DNA of 64,000 nucleotides from the human T2T-CHM13v2.0 reference genome, Homo sapiens. The stretch lies in assembly GCF_009914755.1 (NCBI RefSeq), contig NC_060945.1. The stretch is one strand, 5' to 3'. Under the pieces are notes generated by a model. The model was not told where the DNA came from and made no database searches. It saw only the letters and a list, made by a program, of their open reading frames with translations. Positions 47,193-63,385 of the stretch are shown piece by piece. The translations under genes and the position numbers were made by a program. The stretch's first letter is position 1. Every line of letters starts with the position of its first letter.

Positions 47193-47501
47193 TTTATTTA
47201 TTTATTTACTTATTTTGAGACCGAGTCTCCCTCTGTTATGCAGGCTGGAGTGCAGTGGCTCCATCTCGGCTCACTGCAAACTTCACCTCCTGGATTAAAG
47301 CGATTCTCCTGCCTCAGCCCCCCCGAGTAGCTGGGATTACAGGCTTGCACCCCCACGCCCAGCTAATTTTTTTGTATTTTTAGTAGAGACAGGGTTTGAC
47401 CGTGTTAGCCAGGCTGATGTTGAACTCCTGACCTCAGGCAATTCGCCCGCCTTGGCCTCCCAAAGTGCTGGGATTACAGGTGTGAGCTGCCATGCCCAGC
47501 C
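47193..47501 (-). mobile_element. AluS with (TTTA)n tail
   Basis: TSD gtctcataacttta/gtttcataacttta. Confidence 0.95.
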
Positions 47502-50500
47502 AGTTTCATAACTTTAATAAGGAATCAATTTGTTTAAAAACAATCATAATATGGTTTAGGTCATGGTTGTTTGGAAGTACAGAAAGGGAACAAAATAAAC
47601 TTGCGTTTCCTAAATTCATTTTAATACAACTAACTTTTCTGATATAAATATGTGCCCTTGGATTGCTGTTTTCAAGACTATCTGCAATCACATCGTGCAG
47701 TTAACCTTCTTCCACACAGTCCACTTGGCTTACCCAAAAATAGTACAGAACCAGGGTCAGCTGGGGTGTTTGAACACATTTGTGTATGTGTGTTTCTATG
47801 CAACCTAATGAGTAATATAAAAGAACTTAAGGAGATTCTTTTTTTATTAGTACCTCTCCAGTTTTGCAAAACAATCTTAATTATTACAGAATACTGTTTC
47901 ATGATATAAAGCTGGCAGTGTTCTTAGTTATCATCTAGCTCTTCTCAATAAGGAAACTGTTGAAACCAGAACTTGCAAAAAATTTCTTTTTAAAAAATTC
48001 TCCACTCTGATATACTCTCCCCTATGCCATTCCATTACAGAATCTAGATCCTGTCTTCTTCCCAAGAGGCTTGCTTTCTGAGCAGAATAAAAATTACGGC
48101 AAAGTTAGTTTGATAGAAAGAATGAAACTAACTCGGTTTCCTAGAATACTGACCAGCCTGCATTTATGAACATGAATGAAAATTACAGGGTCTCTATGTA
48201 GAAATCTGAATCAAACTTCTGATCAAAACCAGAAGAACTTGACCCTCATTTTCTTTCTTAGCCAGCCACTAACTTTGGGAGTCTTCAGATGAAATCTCAT
48301 CTCCAGCATGACTTAATATTTGGGTAAGGTGCTGGTGGAAAAGTTTCACAGTCTATTTCAAAGAAAAGATTTGCATTTGTGAGGCACACATCTGCAGTAC
48401 TTTGAAATATACTGGCAAATTAAAAATTACACACACTCTCCCAACAAGTTCTCAGCTCTTTTAAATATTGCACAAAGAACGTTGGTTAGTAATGTACTCA
48501 AAGATCAGAATTCTGTTTCAGCACATCCTTATATGAATATTCTACTATAATAAAAGCTGAATCTCAATAAGCTTGTCAGCCTTTATCCAAAGACACTCGA
48601 GGATTTAATTGTTCTAACTAACTCGGGTACTCAGATCTTTTGAAGAGGTGAAACAAATTTAACTCTCTTAAAATAATCAGTTAGAATTGCCTCAGTGTCA
48701 CGTGGTACCAGTGGAATACACTTCTGTGGGGTATCAGGAAACTGACGGCTAAAAGACAACTAGAGCTGTAAAGCCTTGTCTTCGACACTCACGTTTTATC
48801 CAGGGATAAAGGCAACCCAAAGCTCAAACATATACCAATGCTTTAAATATTTTCAACGTACATCTGGACTCTAAGAACAAAAGCTGGTCTATTCTATCTC
48901 TCTGGTTCAGTAACTTTTCTATCAACTGCAAAATAGCTTCAAGAAGTGCAGATTCTGATTCCACCACGGTTTTACAATGTTTTGTCAAAATTTCCATGCT
49001 AAAGATTTGCTTTCAGAAGTTGCTGTGACACTAGAAATGCTTTCTGCAAATTGAAACCATCTCCAAGATTACCTGAAGGAAAGAAACTAGAACTAAAAAA
49101 AAAAAAAAAAAAATGCAGAATGATCCATAACCTCTAAAAGTGGTTATTCATACCAGCTTATTTTATGCAACAAGTCTGATGAGTAAAAAAGACCCAAATG
49201 TACAACCATATCTCATTCTTATTATTTACACTGTATCCATAGACTGTAAGTCATGCTACACTTCTGGGAAATGAATAGAAATTATGATATTCTATTTTAC
49301 TTGAAAGGAGTTCTTAAATAATATTTTGATATGTTTTAAATATTAAAATTAAATAATACTGTTACATGTTTTAAATATTGCTTTTTCAGGTAGAAAGCAT
49401 AAGATGGCCGAAGAATTGGTATAATCAATTCTTTAAAAAACTATTAAAAAGGAAATGAAAAGCTTTAGAAAATGTGCCCATGATGACACTATCGTGAACT
49501 GCTCAATTTGTTTTCCCTATTGTGAAACTTCTGCTTGGCCTACTCACTCCTATAAAATTATGTTATTGTGCACTTTCTATTCCTTCTTTCTCTTCTTCTC
49601 TAACTAATAAGCCCATAAATAAGTACCACTAAAATAAATACTAAAATAAATAAATGGTACTTCTTGGTCCTCCTGGAATTCTTTCATTATGCCAACACTT
49701 CCTTAAAATTCTCAAGAATTTCCCCAGGGAACCCAGTTTTATGCCTGCCCCAGCCCATAAGGCACCCTCTGCCTGCCTCTGGGCTGCAAGGCAGATGTAC
49801 TAAAAAAAGGCTCTGTGCTTATGTCCTGCTCCCCTGAGGATCTGTTTTGGCCCAACCTCTGAAACTTTACCAGCCCCATTGGAAAATGGTATTTGCTCAT
49901 TGCTGTCTTTGGAGAGTTTGGACACTTAATGTAAAATGTAACACACCACAAATGCACATTCTCCCAGCCTGTACATATGTCCAATTATTTCTCCAAACTT
50001 TATTGAAGGTATTTTTTTCATTACTTTTACTCAAGTGTGTGCTAATTCCTGAACCAATGCAACAACTTTCAGATTATTTGTCCCCAAATTCTTGCCCCTC
50101 TAATCATCTAAAGTACCATGTCTCATCATCTCATTCTTCTTTCCAAAATGTAAAGCTTGCTCCACATTGCCATGACCGTTACCGAGAGCTTTCCATCTGC
50201 CAAACTCCATGCCATGCTATTTATCCGTAATTATTTCATTAGATAAACACAATCCCCCTCTGAGTTAGGCATTAACTTCTCCAATTCACAGATGATGAGA
50301 ACTGAGGCTCAGAGTGTTTAAATAGTTTTTCCTCAGTCAACAAAATAAAGCTCATACTCAGCATTCAGTGCATGTGTGATTCTGTATGGTAATGGGTAAT
50401 GCTAGTCAATCTGATTTAGCAGAATTTCTAACACTTCTTGCTGGCCACTGTGGACGAACTCATTTATATCTCTAAGCTTTTGCTCCTACTGTTTTTTATT

Positions 50501-51364
50501 CAAGGAATATTGGTCTTCTTTTATTCCACCTACTCAAACCCAGCCCATTCTTCGAGGGCAGGATTAAGTCTCACCTCCCTTAGGAAACCCTTTTCCGATG
50601 CCATTTAGTGAACGTTTTAGTGCATATTGATTGCTGTTATTACATGCTGTATCTCCAATGGATAAAAATCCTACAGTCGTGAGACTTGGGCAAAACCATG
50701 GCAAATGACAGATCCCACATTACTCTTCAAGTTAAATGTCAAAAATCTTACATCTCACAGTTACACAAAAATAAATTAGAACTTAATCATGTTGCAACTA
50801 ATGACAATAATTTGTTGATGTTTAAAGACCATAAGGGTTTGCATCATGTAATTTAACATAAATACACTAAGTGGCTTCTATGGCTCAACTTAGTACTCAG
50901 AGTAAGGGCTGTCGGTATGAATAAATAAGAATCAACCGTGAGAGAAATGTATACTATATTAGTACCATGGACCAAATCATTCCAAACCATAAGAGCTAAA
51001 TAGAATCCTGTTCAAATGAAAGATACACAAATATAGAATCAATTCCTATAAGCAGGTTATATTCATATACAAAATAAAAGAAGTTAAAATGTATAGTAGA
51101 TGTCAACTTGGAAATCTGCATTCATTCATTTACAAATACTCATTTGTATTGACTACTTAGTACCTGAAAGGCATTTTATGTGTCTATGCCTATACCTACT
51201 TAATTTATAGTTTGTCTACAGAATGATACACTAAAATAATCACAGATTTTGGGAGTAAAATTAGCTGGAATCAATATAATTTGAATTCACTTAACCATTT
51301 TCAAAAATTAGTAGATTTGTATAATTGTTAAACAAGAGGCTCTTTAGAAATAATCACCAAATCT

Positions 51365-51678
<314 letters not shown>

Positions 51679-54237
51679 TCAGAAATAATCACCAAATCTG
51701 AAGATTGTGATTGCTAAAGTTATGATAAGTAAGAAAGGTAGTGGAACATATGCTATGTATAAGATGGATCACTGGATGATAAAAAATGTGTCTAGTATCT
51801 AATATAATTCTCTCCCAAACTTTCATAGGAGAGAAATAAATACTGTCTCTAGTAAACATAATCATTTAGGTCACTATAAAAATATTTTTTATTTGTTATA
51901 GGGATATTTCACTGGGATTTTTCATTGTCTGGATGAACTATCTCTTGAAACTAAAACTGACAAAAAGTTTTCAACTCATGCACCAGCATGGATAGTTGGT
52001 CGATGTTTCATGAAGAGCTGTGTTGAGAAGCGTTCTAAAGCCATTTTCAGAGTTAAAAAGTCATGATTAACTGTGTCCACAGTGGTTACAGAAGATAGTG
52101 GGTGTTTAGGGGAAGAAGAGAGGAACTGCATTTGCCACCTCTACTCAAATTATTTCCCTGAGCAAATTTTGCATTACTAATTTTGTTATCTAGGTACCTT
52201 GATACAGGGAGGGCAATTCAAAAGATGGATGACTGAAATTTTCAATTTACAAAAAATATACATTATTCTTCCATAAGTTTGGAAATTAACTGTCTTTTCT
52301 ATGCATATTTTATTTTTCTATTTATTATAGAATATTAAATAATATTTTAACTAGTCACATCATTTTCAACTATTTTAATTCTATAACTAAACAAAAACAA
52401 ATAATTCTACAAATAAATAATTCTGCCTAAATAATACTGCTGTATAGGATATGGCAAATAGACAAAAGGTAATATTGAAGATGATGGTTTAAAAAAGCAA
52501 CTATTAGTTAAGAGAAGAATAACTTCGAATATTGATCTCAATAGACCTTACTACATTAACCATAAACTTAAATACCAAATTTATTCTGGTTTTTGTAATA
52601 AGTGACTGATTTTTCTATTTGTTGTACTGTTAATAAGATTTATCATATGTATTTTGTATAGTGTCATTAATCTAAAAGACAAACTATTAAAAGTATAAAA
52701 GAGAAATTATGTCTATTCAATTTTATCATCAAAGGAGTTAAAAAAGAAAACCCAAGAGTAACATTATTAGCTAAGTTAAATTGAGCAATTTCTTTCAGGA
52801 TCTTAGATGTAAGCTTTTTTTTTTCTTTTCAATAATCAGAGAGAGGAAATCTCAAAAATTTTTTATTATCTAACATGATGGAAGAATGTGCAGTACTTTT
52901 AAGCCCCAAAACTTTTAAACATACGTGATAATTGAGTATGCTAACAAAACTTTAGTTTCCTGAAATATTTCCTAACAGTTTACCCATCTCATCTTTACAC
53001 TAGTAAATTCCAGTCACTCCAGATTTTAAAATAAAATAAAATTATCACCAAGAGGCAAACATTTATAGTACTCATTACTTTGAAATTATGGTTAAATAAA
53101 GATGTAAAAATTAAGTTGGGAAAACAAAATCCTTTTAACCAAATTTCCTATCAAATTATCTGGAACAAAAACTCCCTTTTACTTCCATTAGTCTTAAAAG
53201 TCCTCTGCATTCACTTGGCCTCTGGGTACACAGTAACCTTTCTAAAGGTCTGCCCAAGGGATATTTTAGTCATTCTGTGATCTCCTTGAACACAAGTAAT
53301 GACAAACAATAAGCTAATTCTCAAAAAGTTTTTTTTTGAGTCATTTTTACTACTTTTAAATGAGTGTGTCTGATGCATGATTTTGGGCCCCCTGATTAAT
53401 GGTCACCGCCAGCCCAGCTTCTGGAGTTGTAATGTTTCCGTGAGCTTCCCTCCAGCAGAGCTCGACCATTAATCCAGTGGCATATGTCAGCTCAGCAGAG
53501 CAAGGTCACTCTTCTGTTTCAAGGGGAACCTTTTTAGAAATAATAAAACTGACAGAAAGTTCTTTTTTGCATGCTTTATGCCACCTGAGGTTGAGTGCTG
53601 CAGTTAATATCATAAAGCTTATAAACATTCCCATCCCAGGAAGCACCCACTGCTGCTGGTCTTAGGAATTTAAACACTTTTTTTCTTAGTAAGAACAGAC
53701 ATGTTTATGTGGGGGCAAATATATGGTATGTCATCCCAAATAGAGGAAGAATGGGTGGGAAAATAAAACAGTAAGTTCATGTTAGGAAGTTTGGAAGAGA
53801 TGTTAGTGTCCTATAACTATTTTTATTGTCAATTACATTTATTTACCTTTTAGAAAACTGGGATTTGGTTAGATGAATACTTCAATCTCCTGAGGGGGTT
53901 AATAGCAGAGTTGAAATATAAGAGTAGTGGTAAAAAGAAACTCAGTTTATAATCACTCCTTGACCTATAATGTAATGTTCAATAATTGTAGAACATTTAT
54001 CTTTGAAGGAACTGTATTTTTAAAGTTATAAACATTTGTTTTATTGGTAATGACTTTTTCATAATTGATAATTAAATACAGTGAGATAGTCATAATCTTA
54101 AAGTAATTTGAAATTTTTAGATGTCCTAACATACAAATCAAACAAAAGATAAAAGATGATTGCTATGTAATAACTTACAATATAAAGAAACTATAATCAT
54201 AAGTATTACAAAATGTACATATTTAATATTTTATTAC

Positions 54238-54570
<333 letters not shown>

Positions 54571-55786
54571 TAAAAATAGCAGTAGCATAACTGTAACCAC
54601 GTAAAGTATTCAGGGGAAAAAAAACCCCAGAAAATTCCAATTTGCTCTTTTTAACCAAATACTGAGACGAATGCCATATCACTATGTAGATTTTGATACA
54701 AGGTAAATTTGACTTGACTCTTACTCCAGGAGTTTAAGCTGTTAAAACTATAAAAAATATAATAAAGAAACTTAGTTATTTAATTGTATTCATTTTCCTT
54801 TTGTAGAGAAAATGTACCTGGAAGTGAAGCCAGTTAGCAACTTAGCTCAATCCTTTTAGGAAGACAATACATTGGTCAAGTATCACGTCTCTATGTCCAG
54901 GGTCACGCCCTCACCTCAACAAGTATGGGAACTTTATTTTTAAGCTTGCAGAAATATACAACTTCAAGGTGACTAATTCATAAACCAAACTGATAAGATA
55001 TCAAAAATGGCAATACTAACCAAGCGAGCATTGATTTGCTGTGGGAAATTCATCTGCCAAGAAAAATGCATATTCATGTTGACTGATCAAAAAATTGTTT
55101 CCCCTGAAAGAAACCCTACACAGGACACCAGATCATTGCTGGAAGTTTGCTTGATTCATGTGGTGGTCAAAGTAAAGTCAATTAAGTGGTATTAAGACTA
55201 GAGACATGAAGTTCTTCTCCTAGCCTTAGGTACACATCTCACCTAAGAGAAGTCTGTCCAGCCAAAAGGGATTTTTGCTTCAGCTGTTTTGCATGATTTG
55301 CAGACACAGTGGCAAATTTCTACTCTCCCACCTATTTCTAGGCTGTCTGCAAAGCAACACCCTTTTGCTAATACTTTTTGTCTTTAAGGCAGATTACATT
55401 ACAATGTGTGATTATTTTGATTCTAGGAATGGTTACTTTGTTTTGTTGTGGGTGTTACCCAGATCTTTATCAGTGACGCATTTACAAACTATCTTCTGGA
55501 GTAGACTACTTCTGCAGATGACTAATATTATCCATTAGTCATTTCACACTCATTATACATATATTGAGAAATCACTACTATGTTCTATACTATCAATGTT
55601 TTCAGTGGTAGCCAAAGTGTTATAAAAAGCACACGGAATCTGAAAGTCAGGTAGACCGAGTTCAATCCCTCTTGAATCCTCAACAAAAATCCCAGGGATG
55701 CAAATATGAGTCAGCTACATCCCCTGATCCTCTGTTCTTGATGGTGAATCTAGTTGGGAGCACATACTGAAAAACTGTGAGTTTAA

Positions 55787-55808
55787 ACAACAACAACAAC
55801 AACAACAA
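55787..55808. repeat. (AAC)n trinucleotide repeat
   Basis: Direct reading. Confidence 0.85.
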
Positions 55809-55857
55809 ACAGAGAAATGTGGAACAAGCACAACGAAAATAGAAAGGAGGGAGAGAC

Positions 55858-56098
<241 letters not shown>

Positions 56099-56518
56099 TG
56101 ACATGCTTTAAGACTTTCCCTTTTCATGATTACCACAATGAGGCTCAACAGGCTTAAGAAAATGTTCAAAGTCCCCTGGTTAAGAAAGATCAAAGTAAGA
56201 CATTCACACTCAGGTCTCTATGCCTTTAGTTCACGTTACCTACTGCTCTGCTAGACTGACCCTAATACACTACCCTGGGGTAACTGATGGAGGCTTTCTT
56301 GAGGAAGTGACAGTCCACCTATAAATTCGAATAGATAAGAATTCATGAGTTGGAAAAAAAGCACAGAGCATTTTAGGCTAAGAGAAGCACAGACAGAAAT
56401 GTATGAGAGTGGTCAGATCATCAGGAACACGGGCCTCACTCCACCAACCAAACCAGAAGATCTGGTATTAGGGCCCAGACATAGGTATTTTTATAAAACA
56501 CCCCAGATGATTTTAATA

Positions 56519-56563
56519 TTAGGTTGGTGCAAAAGTAATCATGATTTTTGCTATTATTTTTAA
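56519..56563. mobile_element. Half MADE1 (Hsmar1-derived MITE) inside a MER5-like remnant
   Basis: TA|ttaggttggtgcaaaagtaat... is the Hsmar1 TIR; the second arm is absent. Confidence 0.8.
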
Positions 56564-56854
56564 TATGCAGCCAGAAAGCATGGGTCAAGGGGGTCAAATA
56601 GATGTTTTACTTTTTAGTTTTCAAATGATTCCTAATAGAGGTCTAGTGGGTTGTGGCAGAGTTACATTTGGATGTGAGGAAGGAAAGAATAACAAAGACT
56701 GGAGAGTGTAGGTAAAGGCAGTCAAGTCAAATGTGGGGCTGGCAGCATGAAGGGATTGGTCAACTGGAAGTGGAGAAAGATCTAGAGTAATTGGAAGGAA
56801 GGAAACAACTAAAAACCTAATCCTCACTTCCAATTAGTACAAGCTCATGGACTA

Positions 56855-57275
56855 TGTTATGAGCTGAATTGACTCCCACAAATTCGTATGTTTGAAGCCC
56901 TAACACCTTGTACCTCAGACCATGACTGTATTTGGATATAAAGCCTTTAAAGAGAAAATCAAGTAAAAAATGTGACCATTAGGGTAGGACCTAATCCGTT
57001 CCTACTGGTGTCCTTATAAGATGATGTTTGGACACACAGAGAGAGACATCAGGAGCACACAGACACAGATGAAGAGGCAATAAAAGGGCAGCCATCTACA
57101 TGTCAAAAAGAAAGGCCCAGAACAGATCCTTCCTTGAAAGCTCTCTGTGAAACCCACCCTGCCAGCACCTTGATCTTGGGTTTCCAACCTCCAGAAGTGT
57201 GAGAAAGTGGATTCCTGTTGTTAAAGCTACTCAGACTCTGATATTTTGTTATGGCAGCTCTAGCAAACTAATACA
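56855..57275 (+). mobile_element. MaLR solo LTR (MLT1A/B-like)
   Basis: TGTTATG...CTAATACA with perfect 5-bp TSD gacta. Confidence 0.88.
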
Positions 57276-58249
57276 GACTAAGTGAAGGAAGGAGGGGGAC
57301 TTAGCCAGCTGTGGTGACAAATGGCTCTCTCTATCTATGCAAGAATCACTTCATCTACCAACAGAGATAGTTTAAAATCTTCTGCTATTAGTAATGAATT
57401 CTTAATGGAGGACATTTTTGTTTTCTACTAAGAAGCTAATATGAATGTCTTGTTTCTGAAAGTTCATCGAAATCTTTAACACTAGAAAGGAGGAGAAATG
57501 GATCAGTTTGGTAATGATAAATTTGGAAACGGATATGTAAAGCATGGACTTGATTCCATTATTGTAAAAACAAACAAACAAAAAAAAACACAGTTTTCAG
57601 GGATTTTGAAACTATTTATCTCCAAAGCAAGGCAAAGAAAGACTAAAGAGATAAGTGTGTGATTAAATTGATTTTTAACAAATCCAGCATCTTGGTAGTC
57701 AAGGTAGTGACCTTATAAAGCTTCCTATAAAATACAATATCCAAATTTCCAAACAAAGGGGAGGCTACACTTCTGTCATTTCTCTAGCTATTCATCTGAT
57801 CTTTCTGAATATTATCTGAACACTTTTCAAGTATAGCTAATACATTTGGCCCCAAACATTTTGCTACCTGCTTGGGATAAAACTTGATTACAGATTCATA
57901 TTCTGTAAAACGGAAAAGCTAAAATGTATTAGTGCTTTGTTTGGAGAGAAGTGGTCAAGGCTAAAAATTATTTAAAAGGTGCACTACGAATTAAAATAAA
58001 ATCCAATGGAAAATTATATGTTTAAGAAAGAAGAAGAAGAAGCCTTTGGAAAGTGAGACATCAATTTAGGGGTGAATTTCTGGTGACTGTAAACAATGGA
58101 ATGAGGCCATTTCTCCTTGGCATGCAAGCACCAACTGGAAGCAAGAATGGGACCGGACAGTGGAAACTTTCTGTCTGCCATCTTTAGACAGCATGTAGTA
58201 AGTTACCTATAAACATCCAAATGGATAAAGTAAGTACAAATATATCCCA

Positions 58250-58905
58250 AATTTAGAGTCTTCTCAACACCCAAGTCAACTGGGCCGTTCCTTTGTCTGA
58301 ACCACAGTTATACCTTGCCTGGTTTCTGCAATAGTCTGTTAACTGGTCTCACTCCCTTCAGTATATTTGAAACACAAAAGCCAGAATAAACCCACTAAAC
58401 TGTAGGCCAGATTCTGTCACTTCTCAAACATCTTTCAACACTAGCTAAAATTATTTTAATGGCCTAGAACGCCTTCAGTGATCCAGCTCTTTGCGGCGGC
58501 TCTTCCCGCTATGCACTCTGCCCCACTGCTTCTCAAACACACCAGAGACAGTCCCATTTCAAGGCCTTTGCACTTGCTCTTCCCTCTGCCCAGAGTACAG
58601 TTTCCTTCACCAATCCCAAGACCAGCTCCTTCACTTTCTTCCAGTCCTTTTTCCAATGTCCCATTCTCACCAAGGCTTCTCTAGTTCTTCATATTTTAAA
58701 TCCTTCTTTTCTGTTAATTTTTTTTTCTTCTTGGCACCTATCATTATCTAGCATACTGTATATATTACTTATTTATCCTATTTATTGTCTGTCATCTCCA
58801 GTAAATATGGTATCTTTTGTTCACCTTGGTATCGCCAGTGTATTGTCCATAATAAGCATTTAATAGACATTTGTTGCGTTGAAGGATAAATGAATGAATG
58901 AATGC
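58250..58905 (+). mobile_element. L2 3' fragment
   Basis: caaggcctttgcacttgctcttccctctgcc... ending in (TGAA)n. Confidence 0.75.
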
Positions 58906-58949
58906 ATGGATTAGTGAATTAACTTTTAAGTCTTTTGAAAAGTAGAAAA

Positions 58950-59275
58950 AAGTGCTGCCAGGTTGGAAAACTTTAAAAATTCTTGATGTCCAGTCACATT
59001 TTATATTAGGTAAATAAGAATATTTGGGGATGGAACCCAATCATCAGTTTTTTTTTTAAAGCTCTTTAGTGATTCAAATATTCGGCCTAGGCTCCAAAAA
59101 CCATCAACCTAGAGCATCATTTCCAAATTATAAAGTGCTCACAGAACTGCTGAGTATCTTGTTAAAATGTATGTTTTCATTTCGTAGGCCTGGGGGAGAC
59201 TGGAAAATGCACATGGCTAACAAGCTCCTGGAATGCCCGTGCTGTTGCTCTATAGGACCACAGTGAGTAGCAAGT
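58950..59275. mobile_element. Adjacent MER5-type hAT MITE remnants
   Basis: cttgttaaaatg...taacaagctcc...ggaccacagtgagtagcaag pattern. Confidence 0.5.
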
Positions 59276-60551
59276 TCTTAGATTCAAGTCAGCCTTGATG
59301 AACCTTGAGATACATTTTAACATGTTCTAGACTTCATTTTCTCCTGACTTGTCTTATTTGGTTTTATGTTTGCATTATAGTTTATCAAAAATACTTTTTA
59401 AAATGCTATAAATGCTACATAAACACAAAAATGAAGACAACCTTTTGAGATATCTGGTTTTTTGTTTTGTTTTGTTTTTGGAGCGGACGGAGGTAATAAC
59501 TAGAAGTTAAAATAAATATTTACTTATAGCCACCGTTTTTTAAAGGGGAAAAGAGTAAATCTAACATATTACCTACATTTTATATCACGTATTTTATTCC
59601 AGAAAACTCTGTTTGAAAAGGCAAACATTCAACAAAAATTGTACCCCAGATGAAGAAGTAATAGAGAGTAGGAGGAGAGAGACACAGGCTTAGAAGCAGA
59701 AAAACTGTGCCATAAATCCCAAATCTTTTAACTTGTGGAAAATTTTTGCATCTACAGGGCTTTTTTCTTCTTTGTAAATTGGAGATAAAAATAATGTCTA
59801 CCTCCTGGGGTTTTGAGAAGATTAAACATAATAATGGACATGAGCACCTTGGACAAGTACCTGGCCTCAAGTAAGCACCAGTGCATATAAATACTTATTC
59901 TCTTTCTTATACCTGGTTAGATAAGAGTTAAAAATGTATCCTAGCAGTCTTGATACAAAAAAACAGTGAAGAAAGCTCTTTAATGGTACAACTATGTGTC
60001 ATCCTTGTCTAGGAGCATAAATTTGCACAGCAGGCAGTGCAGTGAAAACAGCTCATAATCAACTCATCACCTCTCATCATTGCTAGGATCAAATGCAAAT
60101 GGGAAAGAATGCCACTTCAGTCATTGCTAGTGAAAATTAGCATCTGTGACACTAATGGTGTCTCATTTAGTATGCACTTTAGATTAAAAAGAATGGTTAA
60201 AAAAAAGGCTATTTCCAGAACTGTCATTATTCTAACGTTTCCCTCAAAAATAACAATGGTACTTGAATCTCCTTTACTCAAAGAAAAACCTGCTAAAATT
60301 TATTAACACGGATCATTAATCCCTCTCAAGTAAAGGCCAAGATGTTCTAATTACAGTCACTAACTTTAATTTGTGGGATCCATGTCTTTCTATTTTCAAA
60401 ATTTCTTCCATATTCTTTAACCTGGACCAAGTTCTACCTTTAGGTAACAATGGGATTCTTTCATAACATTGGGTATATTAGAGTTCTTAACATAAAGCTT
60501 AAAATGAGTTACAGTTGTACTGATACACAAACATTTTTACACACATATTAA

Positions 60552-62626
<2,075 letters not shown>

Positions 62627-62730
62627 ACAAAGAAACAAAGACAGATAAAACAAACAAAATCCTGTAAAAAAAAAAAAAGTACATAGCTTGAGTGAGTATC
62701 CATACTTGAACCAGGCTGTATGTAGTAGAC

Positions 62731-62984
62731 CAAGGGTGTATTACCCTGTAGCCCATGATGGCTTTGAATGTGGCCTTGACGGCTTTGAATGTGGCCCCAC
62801 ACAAATTCATAAACTTTCTTAAAATATTATGAGATTTGTTTGTGATTTTTTGTGTTTTTGTTTGTTTGTTTGTTTGTTTTTAGCTCATAAATTATACTTC
62901 GTGTTAATGTATTTTATATGTGGTCCAAGAAAATTCTTCTTCTTCCAGTGTGGCCCAGGAAGGCCAAAAGATTAGACACCCCTA
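62731..62984. mobile_element. MER30 (hAT-Charlie MITE)
   Basis: TIRs caagggtgt/acaccccta; 8-bp TSD tagtagac/gagtagac. Confidence 0.85.
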
Positions 62985-63135
62985 GAGTAGACTGAAGAAA
63001 CTTCATTCACTTTACAAATATTTATTGAGAGTCTACTACGTTGAAAGTATTATGCTAGCTGCAGAGGGAGGATATGTGGTGCTTACTTCAATATTAGGTC
63101 ATTTTTTAAAATATTTGAATATTAAGAAAGTTGTT

Positions 63136-63385
63136 AGCCTGGACAATCTAGCAAAACCCCCATGTCTACAAAACATATAAATACTAGCTGAGCATGGTGG
63201 TGCAGGACTGTGATTCCAGCGACTCGGGAGGCTGAGGCAGGAGAGTCACATAAGCTCAGGCATGCTGACGCTGCAGTGAGTGGTGATTGTGCCTGCACTC
63301 AAGCCTGGGTAACAGAATGAGACCCTGAAAAAAAAAAAAAAGGAAGGAAGGAAGGAGAAAGAAGGAACGAACGGAAAAGAAAGAA
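63136..63385 (+). mobile_element. 5'-truncated AluJ-like element with A/(GGAA)n tail
   Basis: agcctggacaatctagcaaaacccc...gagaccctg followed by the tail. Confidence 0.85.
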
